A DNA stretch of 62,563 bases, filler included. It is 7 parts of 7 records of this genome, joined end to end, with 100 filler letters (N's around TTAATTAATTAA, not from the genome) between each part and the next. Parts side by side here need not be neighbours in the genome. Positions count along the whole stretch, not along the records: positions 1 to 8,876 come from SRR15195285_1283; positions 8,977 to 21,164 come from SRR15195285_1286; 5 more parts are not named here. One strand, 5' to 3'. The translations under genes were made by a program, and so were the position numbers. Under the pieces are notes generated by a model. It did no database searches. It had not been told where the DNA came from and saw nothing but the letters and a program-made list of their open reading frames with translations. Numbering within the stretch: position 1 is the stretch's first letter; every line of letters begins with the position of its first letter. This document shows positions 1 through 10,897 of the stretch, one piece after another.

Positions 1-365
1 ATGGGATCATGAAGAGGTACTATTTTTCAATAGTAGGAATCCTAGTAGGGATCCCTACGGTTACTCGGTTAGAGGTAGCAGGTACTAGTACGGTGGTACT
101 CAACTCTTGATCAACCCCCGGGGTACAGATCATGCAGAGGCGCCGGTGGCGCAATTTCCGGATTGCGATGGCGATGCGGTGCAATGGCCAATCCCCAGCC
201 AGGCGGTGGTCCTGGTCGCGCTGAGGGCGGCGGCTCAGCGATGTGACGGGGTGATGCAGTGAAGTCGTCGGGCTGTTGCTGGGAAGCGGCTAGAAGCGTG
301 TGGGCTGCAGAGAGGCGTCGGGCGCGCCACCGCGTGCAGGTCCATTGCGAATCTGTTTTCCGGAG

Positions 366-1649
366 ATGAACGGGGTGGTAGTGCTGTGCTCAAGAACCGG
401 CAGCCTGCTTTACGGGCAGTCGTATGCGCAGAATTTCGGCCTGCCTGAATCTCATCGCCCGGTCGACGAGCTCAACCTCGCGGCGATGCTGTTCGCGCTA
501 CACATCAACTCACGCGCTGTGGTCATTCCTTCGCCAGAGCAAGAGGGCGACGACGGCGGTGGGTTGCAGATGTACGAGGTGGGGCACACCACGATGTACT
601 TCAGCCACAACCAGGAGGCGCATGTCCTTGGGGTGGTCTTCTTAGAGACAGTCACAGGGGAAGAGATAGGGCGATATCTAGCAGAATGCGTGGTTGAGCG
701 GTTTGTGGACAAGTACTTCCTTGAAGATGGTCCTGCGGCCGACTCAGACGGCCCTGCTGGCACGCCATTCAAGCAGCTCCGCCCGAAGGCGTCTAAGTCA
801 CTACTGCGTGGTATCTTTCAAGAGCTTCCAGGGCGTGTTTTCGAGCTGCTACTGTCGCGGCTCGACGGGTCGCATCGGCCTCGCTGGATATTTGCCGTCA
901 TGTCGGAGAGTTTTATAGCCGAAATCGACTGGGATGATTTCCTCGCTGCCGAGCGGGCTGCGGACGCCAATGGCCATGGCGAGGCCGGGGTGCCCGCTGG
1001 TGCGTTGGCTTCACCATACGGGACGCCGCGGCAGGTCACTGGAGGTGGGGCTGGCGGGATGTCCAACGGGCTCGATCCACTGGCAACACCTGTAAGCACA
1101 CCGTTTCAAACACCACGGACTGCTGGTGCGTCTACCCAACGCAAGAAGCACATTCCGAAGGTGGGTTATCGTACGCCGAAGCGTCGCTGGTGGAGTGCGG
1201 CTCCGAAGCCAGAACAGTTTGCTTCGCTCGGGCCGTTGCAGCACTTGTATAGAGATGGCACTGCGAAGCTTGCAGGTGACGCTGCAGAAGTCGACCCGAC
1301 CCCAGAGATGCTGAGCTCACTAGTGGGGCTGGTCAAGAAGGCAGGAAAAGTGCTGAGCTCAGTCGGCGATGTGAACGACCGCCTGCAGTCCCTTGAAATT
1401 CGATTACGAAGGCGAGATTCGCCTACTCCTGCGCCGAATCAGGGCAGCGAATCAGGTTCAACGGCACAGAGCCAGGCAGCTGTAACGGTGCTCCGGGCAA
1501 GCGACGATTTCCTCGTCGCTCTGCCTTCATCGGCCTCTTGCAGTGGGCCTACTCTGTGCAGACTGATCTACGATGACTTGCTGCGACTGCGGATCTGGAT
1601 GCGATTTTTAAGCGCACAAAAGATCGTACTACCAAGGGTCATCGAGTAG
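366..1649 (+). CDS. Hypothetical protein with N-terminal longin-like (sybindin/sedlin-type) domain
   Basis: ORF 300..1649, first ATG at 366 (MNGVVVLCSRTGSLLYGQSY...DELNLAAMLFALH...VLGVVFL...LAECVVERFVDKY). The beta-beta-alpha-beta-beta-beta-alpha pattern resembles longin domains. The middle is low complexity and TP-rich. Confidence 0.55.
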   Translation: MNGVVVLCSRTGSLLYGQSYAQNFGLPESHRPVDELNLAAMLFALHINSRAVVIPSPEQEGDDGGGLQMYEVGHTTMYFSHNQEAHVLGVVFLETVTGEEIGRYLAECVVERFVDKYFLEDGPAADSDGPAGTPFKQLRPKASKSLLRGIFQELPGRVFELLLSRLDGSHRPRWIFAVMSESFIAEIDWDDFLAAERAADANGHGEAGVPAGALASPYGTPRQVTGGGAGGMSNGLDPLATPVSTPFQTPRTAGASTQRKKHIPKVGYRTPKRRWWSAAPKPEQFASLGPLQHLYRDGTAKLAGDAAEVDPTPEMLSSLVGLVKKAGKVLSSVGDVNDRLQSLEIRLRRRDSPTPAPNQGSESGSTAQSQAAVTVLRASDDFLVALPSSASCSGPTLCRLIYDDLLRLRIWMRFLSAQKIVLPRVIE

Positions 1650-1805
1650 CACAGCTTGTCACTGGGAGTGGTCGCGCTTCGCCAAGGATAGAAGTCAGAG
1701 ATGCATGATTTCAATAATGGGCTTTATCACCAACTTCTATGGCGTCTAGCGAATCCGATTCTGCTACACACACAGCTACACGGCATCATTTACACGAAGC
1801 AAGGT

Positions 1806-4623
1806 CTACTTAGAAGTCAGGACCCGATATCCAGGGAACGTTTCTGGCGATTCGCCATGGAATGCGTCTTGGTCGATGATTTGTATCATACGAGTGGCCG
1901 CTACGTTATCCGGCCGGGCGCCCAGGCACGAATACAGCTGCTTCTTCGCTGCTGGCCAGTTGCCGTGAATGTAATCCTCGATCGCTCTGTCAAACTCGTG
2001 CGCGAAACGGGTCTTCTTGTCAAGATAGTCGTTCTCCTCATCTTGTCCGTCGTCATAGGCGTACAGAACCATTGGGTTGGACGCCCCGACCATGACCACC
2101 CGATCGACTTTGTACAACACCCGCTGGTACTCAGGTGACATGTGCTTGTAGAAAGTTTCTGAGACCAGCATATCCACTCCAGTTTGAACGGTTGCCGCCT
2201 CGAGCCGCGCACTCATGTTGACGTGTGGTGACAGGTAGGTCGCATCCATTTTGGACGCTGACCCGACGGCGCCTTCGATCGCCCAGCCGTAGTGCAGACC
2301 GAATCCCATCCTCGCCTGGTAGCCATTTGGATGCTTCGCTAAGAAGCCTTCCCGGTTGGTGAGCGCTTGTAGCTTTGCGCTGGCTTTCACCTCTGCGATG
2401 ACCCCTGCAAACGCGACCACGGCGTGATCGGCGTAGGTCATCTCTTTCTGGCCTTCCAGTTGCCTAGACGTGAAGACCAGCTCCTCGGAGTGGTTCCACA
2501 CGCACAGCCACGAGTCGCCGATATTCTTGTTCGGAGAGCCTAAATGCGTGGCCACCTGCGTGTGGACGATCTCACTGATGATGTTGGTGAAGATCATCAC
2601 ATCCTCTTCCAATGCTTCGAGTAGGAATGCGAAGTCATGTACAAAGCAAAATCCAAAGTAGCCGTTCATCTTCTCCCCCGGCTGCATGGCGTTGATTGAT
2701 CCACTTCCTTGCAAGTTTTTTGTGATGATCTTCGAGCCAGCGTCTCCGAGACTCACTTGCAGTAGGTCTGTCAGCTTCATAAGACCATCACCCAAGCCAG
2801 CTAGTTCATCACCTTCATGCGAATCATCAGGGGCCAGCATGGAAAATTGCTTCGACATCAGCTGCAGCGCGCTGCACATGCGCTCCATTGGGTTGACTAC
2901 GAGCTCAAACACCTGGTTCAGGAAAATGCCTGTCGCTGCACCAAAGACCACAATGTTGAACAGCATGTACATGACAGTGACCCAGGCCTCATAGATTTTC
3001 AGATTGCGCATGTAGAAAACCACCCGCATCGTGTCAGACTCATACTCAAGAAGCTCCCCTTTCCGCATCTTGGTATCGCTTAGCCAGTCCACAACAGGCA
3101 GTTCTCCGTTATTGACGTCACTGCGTCGGCCCAAGCAAGCTACAGGACAGTGCCAATTCGCTTCGTCCTCATCACACAGGTCGTAGTTTGTTTCTGCTTC
3201 GTTGTGCAAATGCTTGCGGTGCGACAGGATACCCGTCGTCATGCCCTTAGTCGGCTTGTACGTATTGCAGCCACCGTCAACACGGCGGACGGCTGGTGTG
3301 AATGTGCAACCAGCGGGGCAGGCAGTTGCGATTGCCGCGTCATCTGCTGCCAATAGCCCCCACTCACTTTCTGAGAAGGTTAAAGTGCTTCCCGCGGGAC
3401 CGGTGTCGCAGTCGCTGGAAGGCGAACGAGTTACATCAGCGACATTCATGGTACCGGTGCACGTCGCCCGGGTCCTGACCTTCGGTCCAGACAGCGGGTC
3501 GCTGGGATCTTCACGCGGGACTTTAAACGGCACGCATGTCACGCCTCCCCAATCTTCTGAGCCGTCACTGGGGCCCGTGACGCCGTCCCGCCGCGTAAAC
3601 GGAGCGCAATTCGAGTCCTTAAACGCAAAGTATACCATTTGCGCTTCTTCAAATTCCTGAAAATACTTGAGTGCGCCTTGATCCACACCGAAATACGTGC
3701 CCAGCTTGTTGCGCGGAAGTGACTCAAGATAGTTCAGCGCCTCTTGCTTTGACACCTCGGGCATCGCCATGAACAGAGGTACCGTAACCAGAAGGATAAG
3801 AGTGAGCGTCACGACTCGCTTGGAAATGCCGTCAGACACGGCCTCACCGAATCCGCTGGCGGCAGATTCCTCGACGATTTCCTCGCCGTCTCCTATGGCA
3901 AGGTTCGAGAAAACGGAGTCTCCACCCTTGGAACGGAACAACTTCATCAAGCGAGTCAGCCGTGCACCGATACGTGCAGTACGCGCGACACGAGCCAGCG
4001 TCATGTTTGCAGGAGCGCCAAGCTCGATACCGAAAATGATGATGAAATCGGGGATCAGCGACAGTGTACCAATGGCATCCAGGATCATGTAGAAAGTAAA
4101 TTTCTCCATCCCAGGGTTTGCGCCATAGTCGATCTTGAGAATGAAGTTCAGAGACATCTCGACGAAGAAGATCAAGAAGACAGCGAGCGTGATGTATGCC
4201 AGTGGGACATCCATCTGCTTGCCAAAGTACATGGTGCAAATATCGACCTGGAACAAGGCGAAGAATGTGGCTGTTGCAACCAACGTGCTCCAGGTTTTTG
4301 TTGTCAGAAACTCCGTGATGTACTCCGAGATGGTCTCATCGGGATCCTGGGCGTAAGGATTCCCTTTGTCCCCCGGGGCTCTGAGGCTAGTTCCAGAATC
4401 CTTTTTCTTACTCTTGTCTTTCTTCTTCTCCTTCTTCTTCTTCTTCTTCTTCTTCTGAAAGCGGTTCGGCGCGGCAGCGCGGCAGGGTGTCAGCGCCATG
4501 CAGTTGGGGCTGGGCTCAAAGGCCTGAGAACTATCTGACAGCGACGCTGAAAGGCATACGCACGTCGCCTTGCTCGTCCTCAGTCTCGAAGCTCTCTGCG
4601 GGTAAGCTCAGCTCATCGGACAT
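1806..4623 (-). CDS. Class III adenylyl cyclase with N-terminal voltage-sensor-like transmembrane region and C-terminal TPR-like helix
   Basis: S4-like TLARVARTARIGARLTRLMKLFR; cyclase motifs NKNIGDSWL, MGFGLHYGWAIEGAVGS, KMDATYLSPHVNMSARLE; C-terminal AIEDYIHGNWPAAKKQL. Predicted exon 1 is 4623..4564 (MSDELSLPAESFETEDEQGD), then a phase-0 GTGCGT...TTTCAG intron 4563..4455 with a CTGAC branch point, then exon 2 4454..1806. Confidence 0.88.
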
Positions 4624-4979
4624 GGCTGCTGGCCTCCTCTCACCCGAGGCGGGCGGGCCCAGCCGTCCGCCACTATCCTGTGAGTGGCTTTGTTCCTACC
4701 CAGCTAGGTCCCCTGGCCGCCTGGGGAGGCCCACAGCTGAGAGATATTCCAGGTCGCTGACCAGTGACGCTTACCACAGTGTCCTGTTGCGCGCAGCGAG
4801 ATGGCGGCTAGCACGCTAGGGGCGCCATCGGGTTGACCGACACCGTCTGGGGCAGCGAGCGGCCGGTCTGATCAGTCTGATCAGCCCGTCCCACCAAGAG
4901 AACAAAATGTTCAATGCTTGGTCAATCGCCTTCACCAATCAAGACGTCCAAAGCGAAGCATGAAGCGGAGCCAGGATTG

Positions 4980-5480
4980 CTGTATTGAATTGTACTGCAG
5001 CTGTACAGTATAGCTACGCTCTGGCGGTGTACCAGTACGTACCAGTACATCTGTAGGACTGTACCATTCGACCTCTATACCAGTAAGTACCGGTAGTATT
5101 TCGAATTGTAGTAGTGCGGTTCAACAGTATGAATAGGCCCTACTGCATTAGTAGTGTGCTACCAGTCTGTTTACTTGTACAGCTGTACGAGTATAGTACT
5201 ATACTGTACAGCTGCAGTACGGTATGTACATTTTACTACTGGTACTACGCATACTAGTAGTACTGTTAATAGTACAGTGCTGCCAGTACCAGTACCTCAG
5301 TACGGTACCCGCGTGTAGTACTAGATCTAGTACTATCAACTATGGTACGATACATGTATGTAGTACGTACGGCTGATACTACTGTACTACAATAGTATTC
5401 GAATAGTACCTAAGGTACCAGTAGAACTCAGCGCATGAACTGTGATGCGCACTCACTACTATTATACTAGCAGTACTGAC
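4980..5480. promoter_or_regulatory. GTAC/palindrome-rich divergent intergenic region
   Basis: Lies between the cyclase (minus) and ankyrin (plus) start codons. Dense GTAC/TAGTA words, a 22-bp perfect inverted repeat (4992..5013 / 5199..5220) and a 20-bp palindrome (5316..5335). A regulatory role is inferred from position only. Confidence 0.4.
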
Positions 5481-5739
5481 GGTCGAGCGCGGCCGAGCAG
5501 CAGCGATGCCTGAGACGAGCGAGGGACAACGCGGCGCTCCTTACTTGTACAGTACCTGCGGAGGCCAGCGGTCGTGGCTAAAGGCACACAACCGGCGTGA
5601 CTAAACGTAGCAAACAGAGACCAGATTCGCCGGCAGTCTGCTGGTTCTTGCTCAACGTGCAGCTTGGTAACCAGCACGCTGCAGAGCCCAGAGCTCAGCA
5701 TAGGAGGTAGCCTGACGAGGGCAGCGCCGAGGAAAGGTC

Positions 5740-6356
5740 ATGTCTGACAAATCCAATCCACGAGCTCTGTGGATGGCATGCGGCCGCGGAGATCTGGAGG
5801 TCGCAGCAGCACAGCTTGCATCAGGAGATAAAATTGACGCCCGCGAGCCCAACGTATGTAGGCCTTTGATGAAATGCACGGTTCTTCGCGACGTTGTCTG
5901 TCCCTCACCCGACTGTCGCCTCCGCGAACCTGATGCAGAGCCAGGGCACTGCGCTATACTTCGCGTCGCTCAACGGGCACTTGGAGGTCGTACAGCTGCT
6001 ACTAGAGAAGAGAGCCGATACTGACGTTGCAAATAAGTCAGGACAAACTCCGTTACATGTCGCGCAGACCCCAGAGATCGCGCAAGCTTTGTTGGACGCT
6101 GGCTGTGATGTCTACGCGACAAACAAGGTGCGGTTCACTGCTCGCCCTCGCGTCACGCATGTTTCCTGACATGGAGGGTTTGATGGTGCCGTCGCAGTGG
6201 GGGAAGACTGCAGAGCACTACACAGCGATGTTAGGACGCGTCAACATCCGCGAAGTGGCAGGCCGAAAAGTCGTAGGCGAAAAGATTTCAGAGGTGTTAG
6301 ATGCGCGCCACGAAGCCGAGTGGCATGCGGCACAAGAAACCGGAGGAGGTGACTGA
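5740..6356 (+). CDS. Small ankyrin-repeat protein (about 153 aa, 3 exons)
   Basis: Ankyrin motifs ALWMACGRGDLEV, GTALYFASLNGHLEVVQLLLEKRAD, GQTPLHVA, WGKTAEHYTA. Exons 5740..5853, 5939..6127 and 6198..6356 join in frame through phase-0 GT-AG introns. Confidence 0.88.
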
Positions 6357-6541
6357 GTCCAGTTGTACTGATGAGTGTAGCCAACTCCCTCAGTAAATAA
6401 GAGGGTCTGTATTTTGATTAAGTACTGATTGATAGCAAGTTAAGGTCTATACACCATCCTTTGGTGGGTCGATGTGGTGTCAGCCAGCAAGGCCGCGAAA
6501 GCTGCAGATGCACGTGCGGTGCTGCTGCTAGATCAAAGTTT

Positions 6542-8876
6542 CTACAAAAACACACCCATTTTCTTCGCCAGCTTCGCCTTGTACTCGTGGATTGTTCCTG
6601 GGAAAACTCTGATCGTAGCACCATCGTTTGGCCCGGTGCATTCCCAGATGATCTTTGCTACCTGGTCGATCAATCGGAAATCGTGCGACACCAGAACCAC
6701 GCCACCGTTGAAGTTGTTGATGACTCGTGCCAAACCATCGATGGCGCCGACGTCTAAGTGATTTGTGGGCTCATCGAGCAGCAAGACATTCGGTCGTCCC
6801 ATGCGTACCATGGCAAAGATCAGGCGTGATTTCTGCCCGTCTGAAAGCTGACCAATCTGAGTTTCTTGCAATCGCCCAGTGATACCAAACGTGCCCAGGT
6901 ATGCTCGCCACGTCTCCAGCGACATGCTCGGAACACCCATTGATGTAAGCTTCTCGTTCGGGTACGTGTCTGGGAAGAACTCGAGGGGCGTCTTCGTCAT
7001 ATCAAAGACATCCTCCGAGTGCTGGTGGTACTTTCCTAGCACCAATCCTTGTGCGCGACTGACTGTTCCGTTTGTTGGCTGAAGTTCGCCAGCCATCAGT
7101 TTGAGCAAGGTCGACTTGCCGGAACCGTTCGGTCCGACCAGCGCGATCCGCGAGTCGCAGTCAACACCGAGGTCCAAATCCCGGTAGAGCACCTGGCCTG
7201 TCGCCAAGTCACCATTGTAACAGAAGCTCACATTGTCAAACGGCAAAACTGGAGACGGCAGCCGGTGGCACTCCAGAAATTCGAAGGTGAACGTCGTCTT
7301 TCGGATCATGGGCTTCTCTACAGCGGTAAGCATGAGCTTGTCCAGCACCTTCTGCTTCGACTGCGCGGATTTATAAGTCTTCTTGTTGGCCGAGTTCTTT
7401 CGGATGTAGTCCTGCAGTTTCTCTACGTCCATGCACTGCTTCTCCCAGGCGCGTGACTGTACCTTCTCCTCTGCGTCTACCAGCTTCACAAACATGTCAT
7501 AGTTGCCGTGGTATTCCTTGAGCTTCAAATTGTTGAGCCACAGCATGCGGTTGCAGACAGTGTTCATGAAGTCCTGCGAGTGACTGACGCAGAGCAGGCA
7601 CTTCGGGTAGGTTTTCAAATACTCTTCCAGCCACACGCACGCCTCCAAGTCCAAGTGGTTGGTCGGCTCATCGAGCAGCAGAATCGTTGGAGACGAGAAC
7701 AGGGCCTTTGCTAGAGACACACGCATCCTCCAGCCACCGGACATATTCTTGGTTTTCCGATCCATAGGAACGACGTGCTCCTCAAACCCAATGCCCGACA
7801 GAATCTTCCGTGCTCGGGTCTGCAACAGCATTCGTTCAGCTCGAGCAGTCGTGCAGAGAGTCTCTTACGGCTAGGTTTCCAGTGGTGTGCATAGAATCAA
7901 GGCATATGGTGATCAGGTGAGGTGGGGCACACCTCGAAAGTTTTCGGGTCAAGTTCATCCAACCGGTCTCCTATCGCAGCCAGGCGCTCGTCTTCAGGGC
8001 CATTCGTCTCCATGATCTCATCATTCAGCGCCTCCAACTTCTTGATTTCGGCCTCCACGTGGTCTATTACCTGCTGGATGGCCGTGCGGTCAGTGGGGTC
8101 GCATTCATGTGTCAGGTGGTACATGTCGATGTGCTCGGGGATGGGGACTTCCCGCATCGCAATTGAAGCCAAGAAGTTGGTCTTGCCAGCACCATTATTA
8201 CCGATGAGCCCGTAGCGGCATCCCTGATTCAACTCAAAGTCACACTCGGCAATCAGAATCGGACCAGCATACGCCATGGTATACTTGGCAATCTTCACGC
8301 TAGTGTTCCAAGGCTTCGAGTCCAGGTTGCCTGTTACGGCGCGTCTCTTCGCCAGCATCACCATCAGACTCTCAGCCTCAAGTGCCTGTCCATCGGCCGC
8401 GAACAACTGGTCCTCATTCTTCTTTGCCTTGGCCTTTTTCGCGGCCTCTTTCTTCTCATCTTTTGCGGACTTCTTGGCGTCCGGCTCTGGCTCCGGCTCC
8501 TTGCCGCCGATACTGTAGTCGTTTCCTTGCTGCTCAGCTTCGAGAGCGCGCTTCTCCCGCTCCAGCTTTTCCAGCCGCAGCTCTTCCTCCTTTTTGGCTG
8601 CGTATGCCGCAGCCTTGGCCGCAGACTCCGCTTCCTTGGCTGCTTTTTTGGCTCTGGCTTCTGCGTCCTTGGCTTTCCGCTTCTCGGCGTCTTTGGCGGC
8701 CTTCGCGCGCTTCTTCTCCGTGATCGCAGCGGCGATGATGAGCAGTGCAGCCTTGGGCAGAGCGTCGCCGACATCCACCTCCGGCATCTTCTTCACCGCT
8801 CCTTCCAGTACATCTTTCGGGAGCGCCTTTTCGTTGAGCCCGAGGGCTTTTGCGACAACGCTTGAGATCAGTTTCG
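6542..8876 (-). CDS. ABCF2: ABCF-family (ABCF2/Arb1-like) soluble twin-ATPase, 5' truncated
   Basis: Two NBDs and no TM segments: GLIGNNGAGKT, MSGGWRMRVSLAKALF, LLLDEPTNHLDL; GPNGSGKST, LSDGQKSR, LLLDEPTNHLD. Intron 7932..7820 joins PKTFE to TRARKIL. The frame is open to the contig edge at 8876. Confidence 0.9.
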
Positions 8877-8976
8877 NNNNNNNNNNNNNNNNNNNNNNNN
8901 NNNNNNNNNNNNNNNNNNNNTTAATTAATTAANNNNNNNNNNNNNNNNNNNNNNNNNNNNNNNNNNNNNNNNNNNN
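8877..8976. other. Artificial contig linker (44 N + TTAATTAATTAA + 44 N)
   Basis: The same 100-nt structure occurs six times; TTAATTAATTAA gives stop codons in all six frames. Confidence 0.97.
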
Positions 8977-9036
8977 TGCTGCCCGCTACCACTGTCGCCG
9001 ACGCTGACGCTGCGCCTCTTCCCGCGTTGGTGGCAG

Positions 9037-9915
9037 TAAGTTACGGCGCCTGGCCCACGGGCTTAGGCTTCCGTGGCTTCCCAAAGTCGTGCTGCACAAG
9101 TGTAAACGAGGTTGTCTGCCACGGCATACCTGACAGCCGTCCATTAGAAGATGGCGACTTGGTCACGATCGACTGTGTGGCTTTTCTTGGTATGAGATGC
9201 AGCGTGTCGTTCCAATTATGCTGCTGCTCAACCACTGTCTAGACTGATATTTTGCACAACGCTTGTACTAGATGGTTACCACGGCGACAACGCGCGAACA
9301 GTTGGCGTCGGCACAGTACCGGAAGAGTCCGCAGCACTGGCTCGGGTGTGCTTGGAGTCGATCGAGAAAGCGATTGAGGTGGTCGGTCCAGGGGTGAATT
9401 ACCATGATCTGGCAACGACTGTCTTCGATTGTGCGTGCCACAAAACACAGACACCGACTGTGCCTTTTTCTGCAGCTGCGGCTGCACCTGCACCTTTTCA
9501 TCTCCTGCGCGCGTTGTAGTGTTGCCCCTCCATGCGGAAGCGGTCGTTTGTCTGAGAACTGAACGTTCGTTGCTGTTTGTGCTCAACACGGGTTGCAGAT
9601 GTGGATGCGCATGGCTACAGCGTGATCCGAGAGTACGGTGGACATGGCATTGGCCGAAGCCTGCACATGCCTCCGGTCATTTGCTTTCATCCGTACTCCG
9701 CGTCAAAGCAGTACGTGATGGAGGTCGGCCACTGCTTTACAATAGAGCCGATGATTGCGCACGGGTCGAACGAGATTCAACTATGGGGCGATGGGTGGAC
9801 GGTCGTGACCAAGGACGGATCCCGTGCAGCTCAGTACGAGCACATGGTGGTGGTGACAGAAGATGGGGCCGATGTGCTCACTCGAACGGAGCTCTGCGAC
9901 GAGATGGCCTTCTGA
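9037..9915 (+). CDS. Methionine aminopeptidase type 1 (METAP1/MAP1D-like), 5' truncated
   Basis: [77 protein letters not shown]. Exons 9037..9189, 9272..9430 and 9599..9915 join in frame through phase-1 GT-AG introns. Confidence 0.93.
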
Positions 9916-10005
9916 TTTGCCCGCGCAGCCGCGCGTGAGAACAGTGCTCGTTTATTAATGGCTTACGTTACAATTATCACATAATTATCGTCAATTAGTA
10001 TATGC

Positions 10006-10897
10006 TCAAGGCCCGCTCGTGCTGGCCGTGTAGTTTCGTCCCCACCATGGCTCACCAGCGTACCGTCCCGTGTATCGCTCATCAATCGGGAGATCGGGAA
10101 ACAAGACGTCGCCATTGGCTCGAACCGACGCAAAGACTAAGGACAGGATGACCACGGCCACGATCAAGGAGGTCGATGTCAACACAACCGAGTCGCTGAA
10201 ATTTCCTAAGCAACCTGGCAGTTGTTCGAACTCGCTGGGTTTCTGCGCCCTCTTGGCAGCCGCTGCCTCGGTTTTGCCGTTGCTCCCATCCATCTCAGCG
10301 ACATTGCCGGTCGCCGCGAAGCTATCTGCGCCGATTCTGATCCTGTCACGCGACAGCGGCTCTACGGTGGAGCCCTCCCCCTCAAGCTCGGTCGCATCCT
10401 GCAAGACCCGCATGCGCACACGCACACACGTCACACATGGTTGTTAGCAGTTGAGCGGTGGGCGATCCTACTTAGCTGTTCTGACTAGGTTTCTCACTAC
10501 GCGCACCTCTGCAGACCATGTGACGCACACGGCAAATCGGAGACGCCAACACCCAGGTGCACACACGGAAGACCGAAGGCAACCGGCACAGAGTAGGGGG
10601 TCAGAGGGCACACAACGAAAAGAACAAGAGGTGCTACTGGAACACCAGGGTCACCAGCAGAACCAGGGACACCAGCAACACCAGGGACACCACCAGCAGC
10701 AGCAGCAGCAGCAACACAAGGGCCGGCTAGAAATCCAGCGCCGCGCAAAATATCGATATTTTACCTGGCACAACGGGCGTCTCCTCCCGCTCGTCATCAC
10801 CCGAGCCGCCGGACGCGTCAGAACCCCCATCTTCGTCGTTCAAGGGGTTTACCACGCTCATCCACTGGCCTCCATCCGCCTCCTTCTTCTTCCGCAT
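10006..10897 (-). CDS. Hypothetical protein with one C-terminal transmembrane helix (exon structure uncertain)
   Basis: Last exon 10398..10006 follows TTGCAG (DATELEGEG...SLIVAVVILSLVFASV...). Probable first exon 10897..10765 (MRKKKEADGGQWMSVVNPLNDEDGG...) ends at CAG|GTAAAA. The frames only join with an intervening exon of length 2 mod 3. Confidence 0.4.
10640..10717. repeat. Degenerate 18-nt tandem repeat running into (CAG)n
   Basis: caccagggtcaccagcag aaccagggacaccagcaa caccagggacaccac (cag)n; probably intronic. Confidence 0.7.

Noticed and set aside
4980-5480. CRISPR-like array in the palindrome-rich region
   Set aside because: No constant-length repeat with regular unique spacers, no cas genes, and a eukaryotic context.
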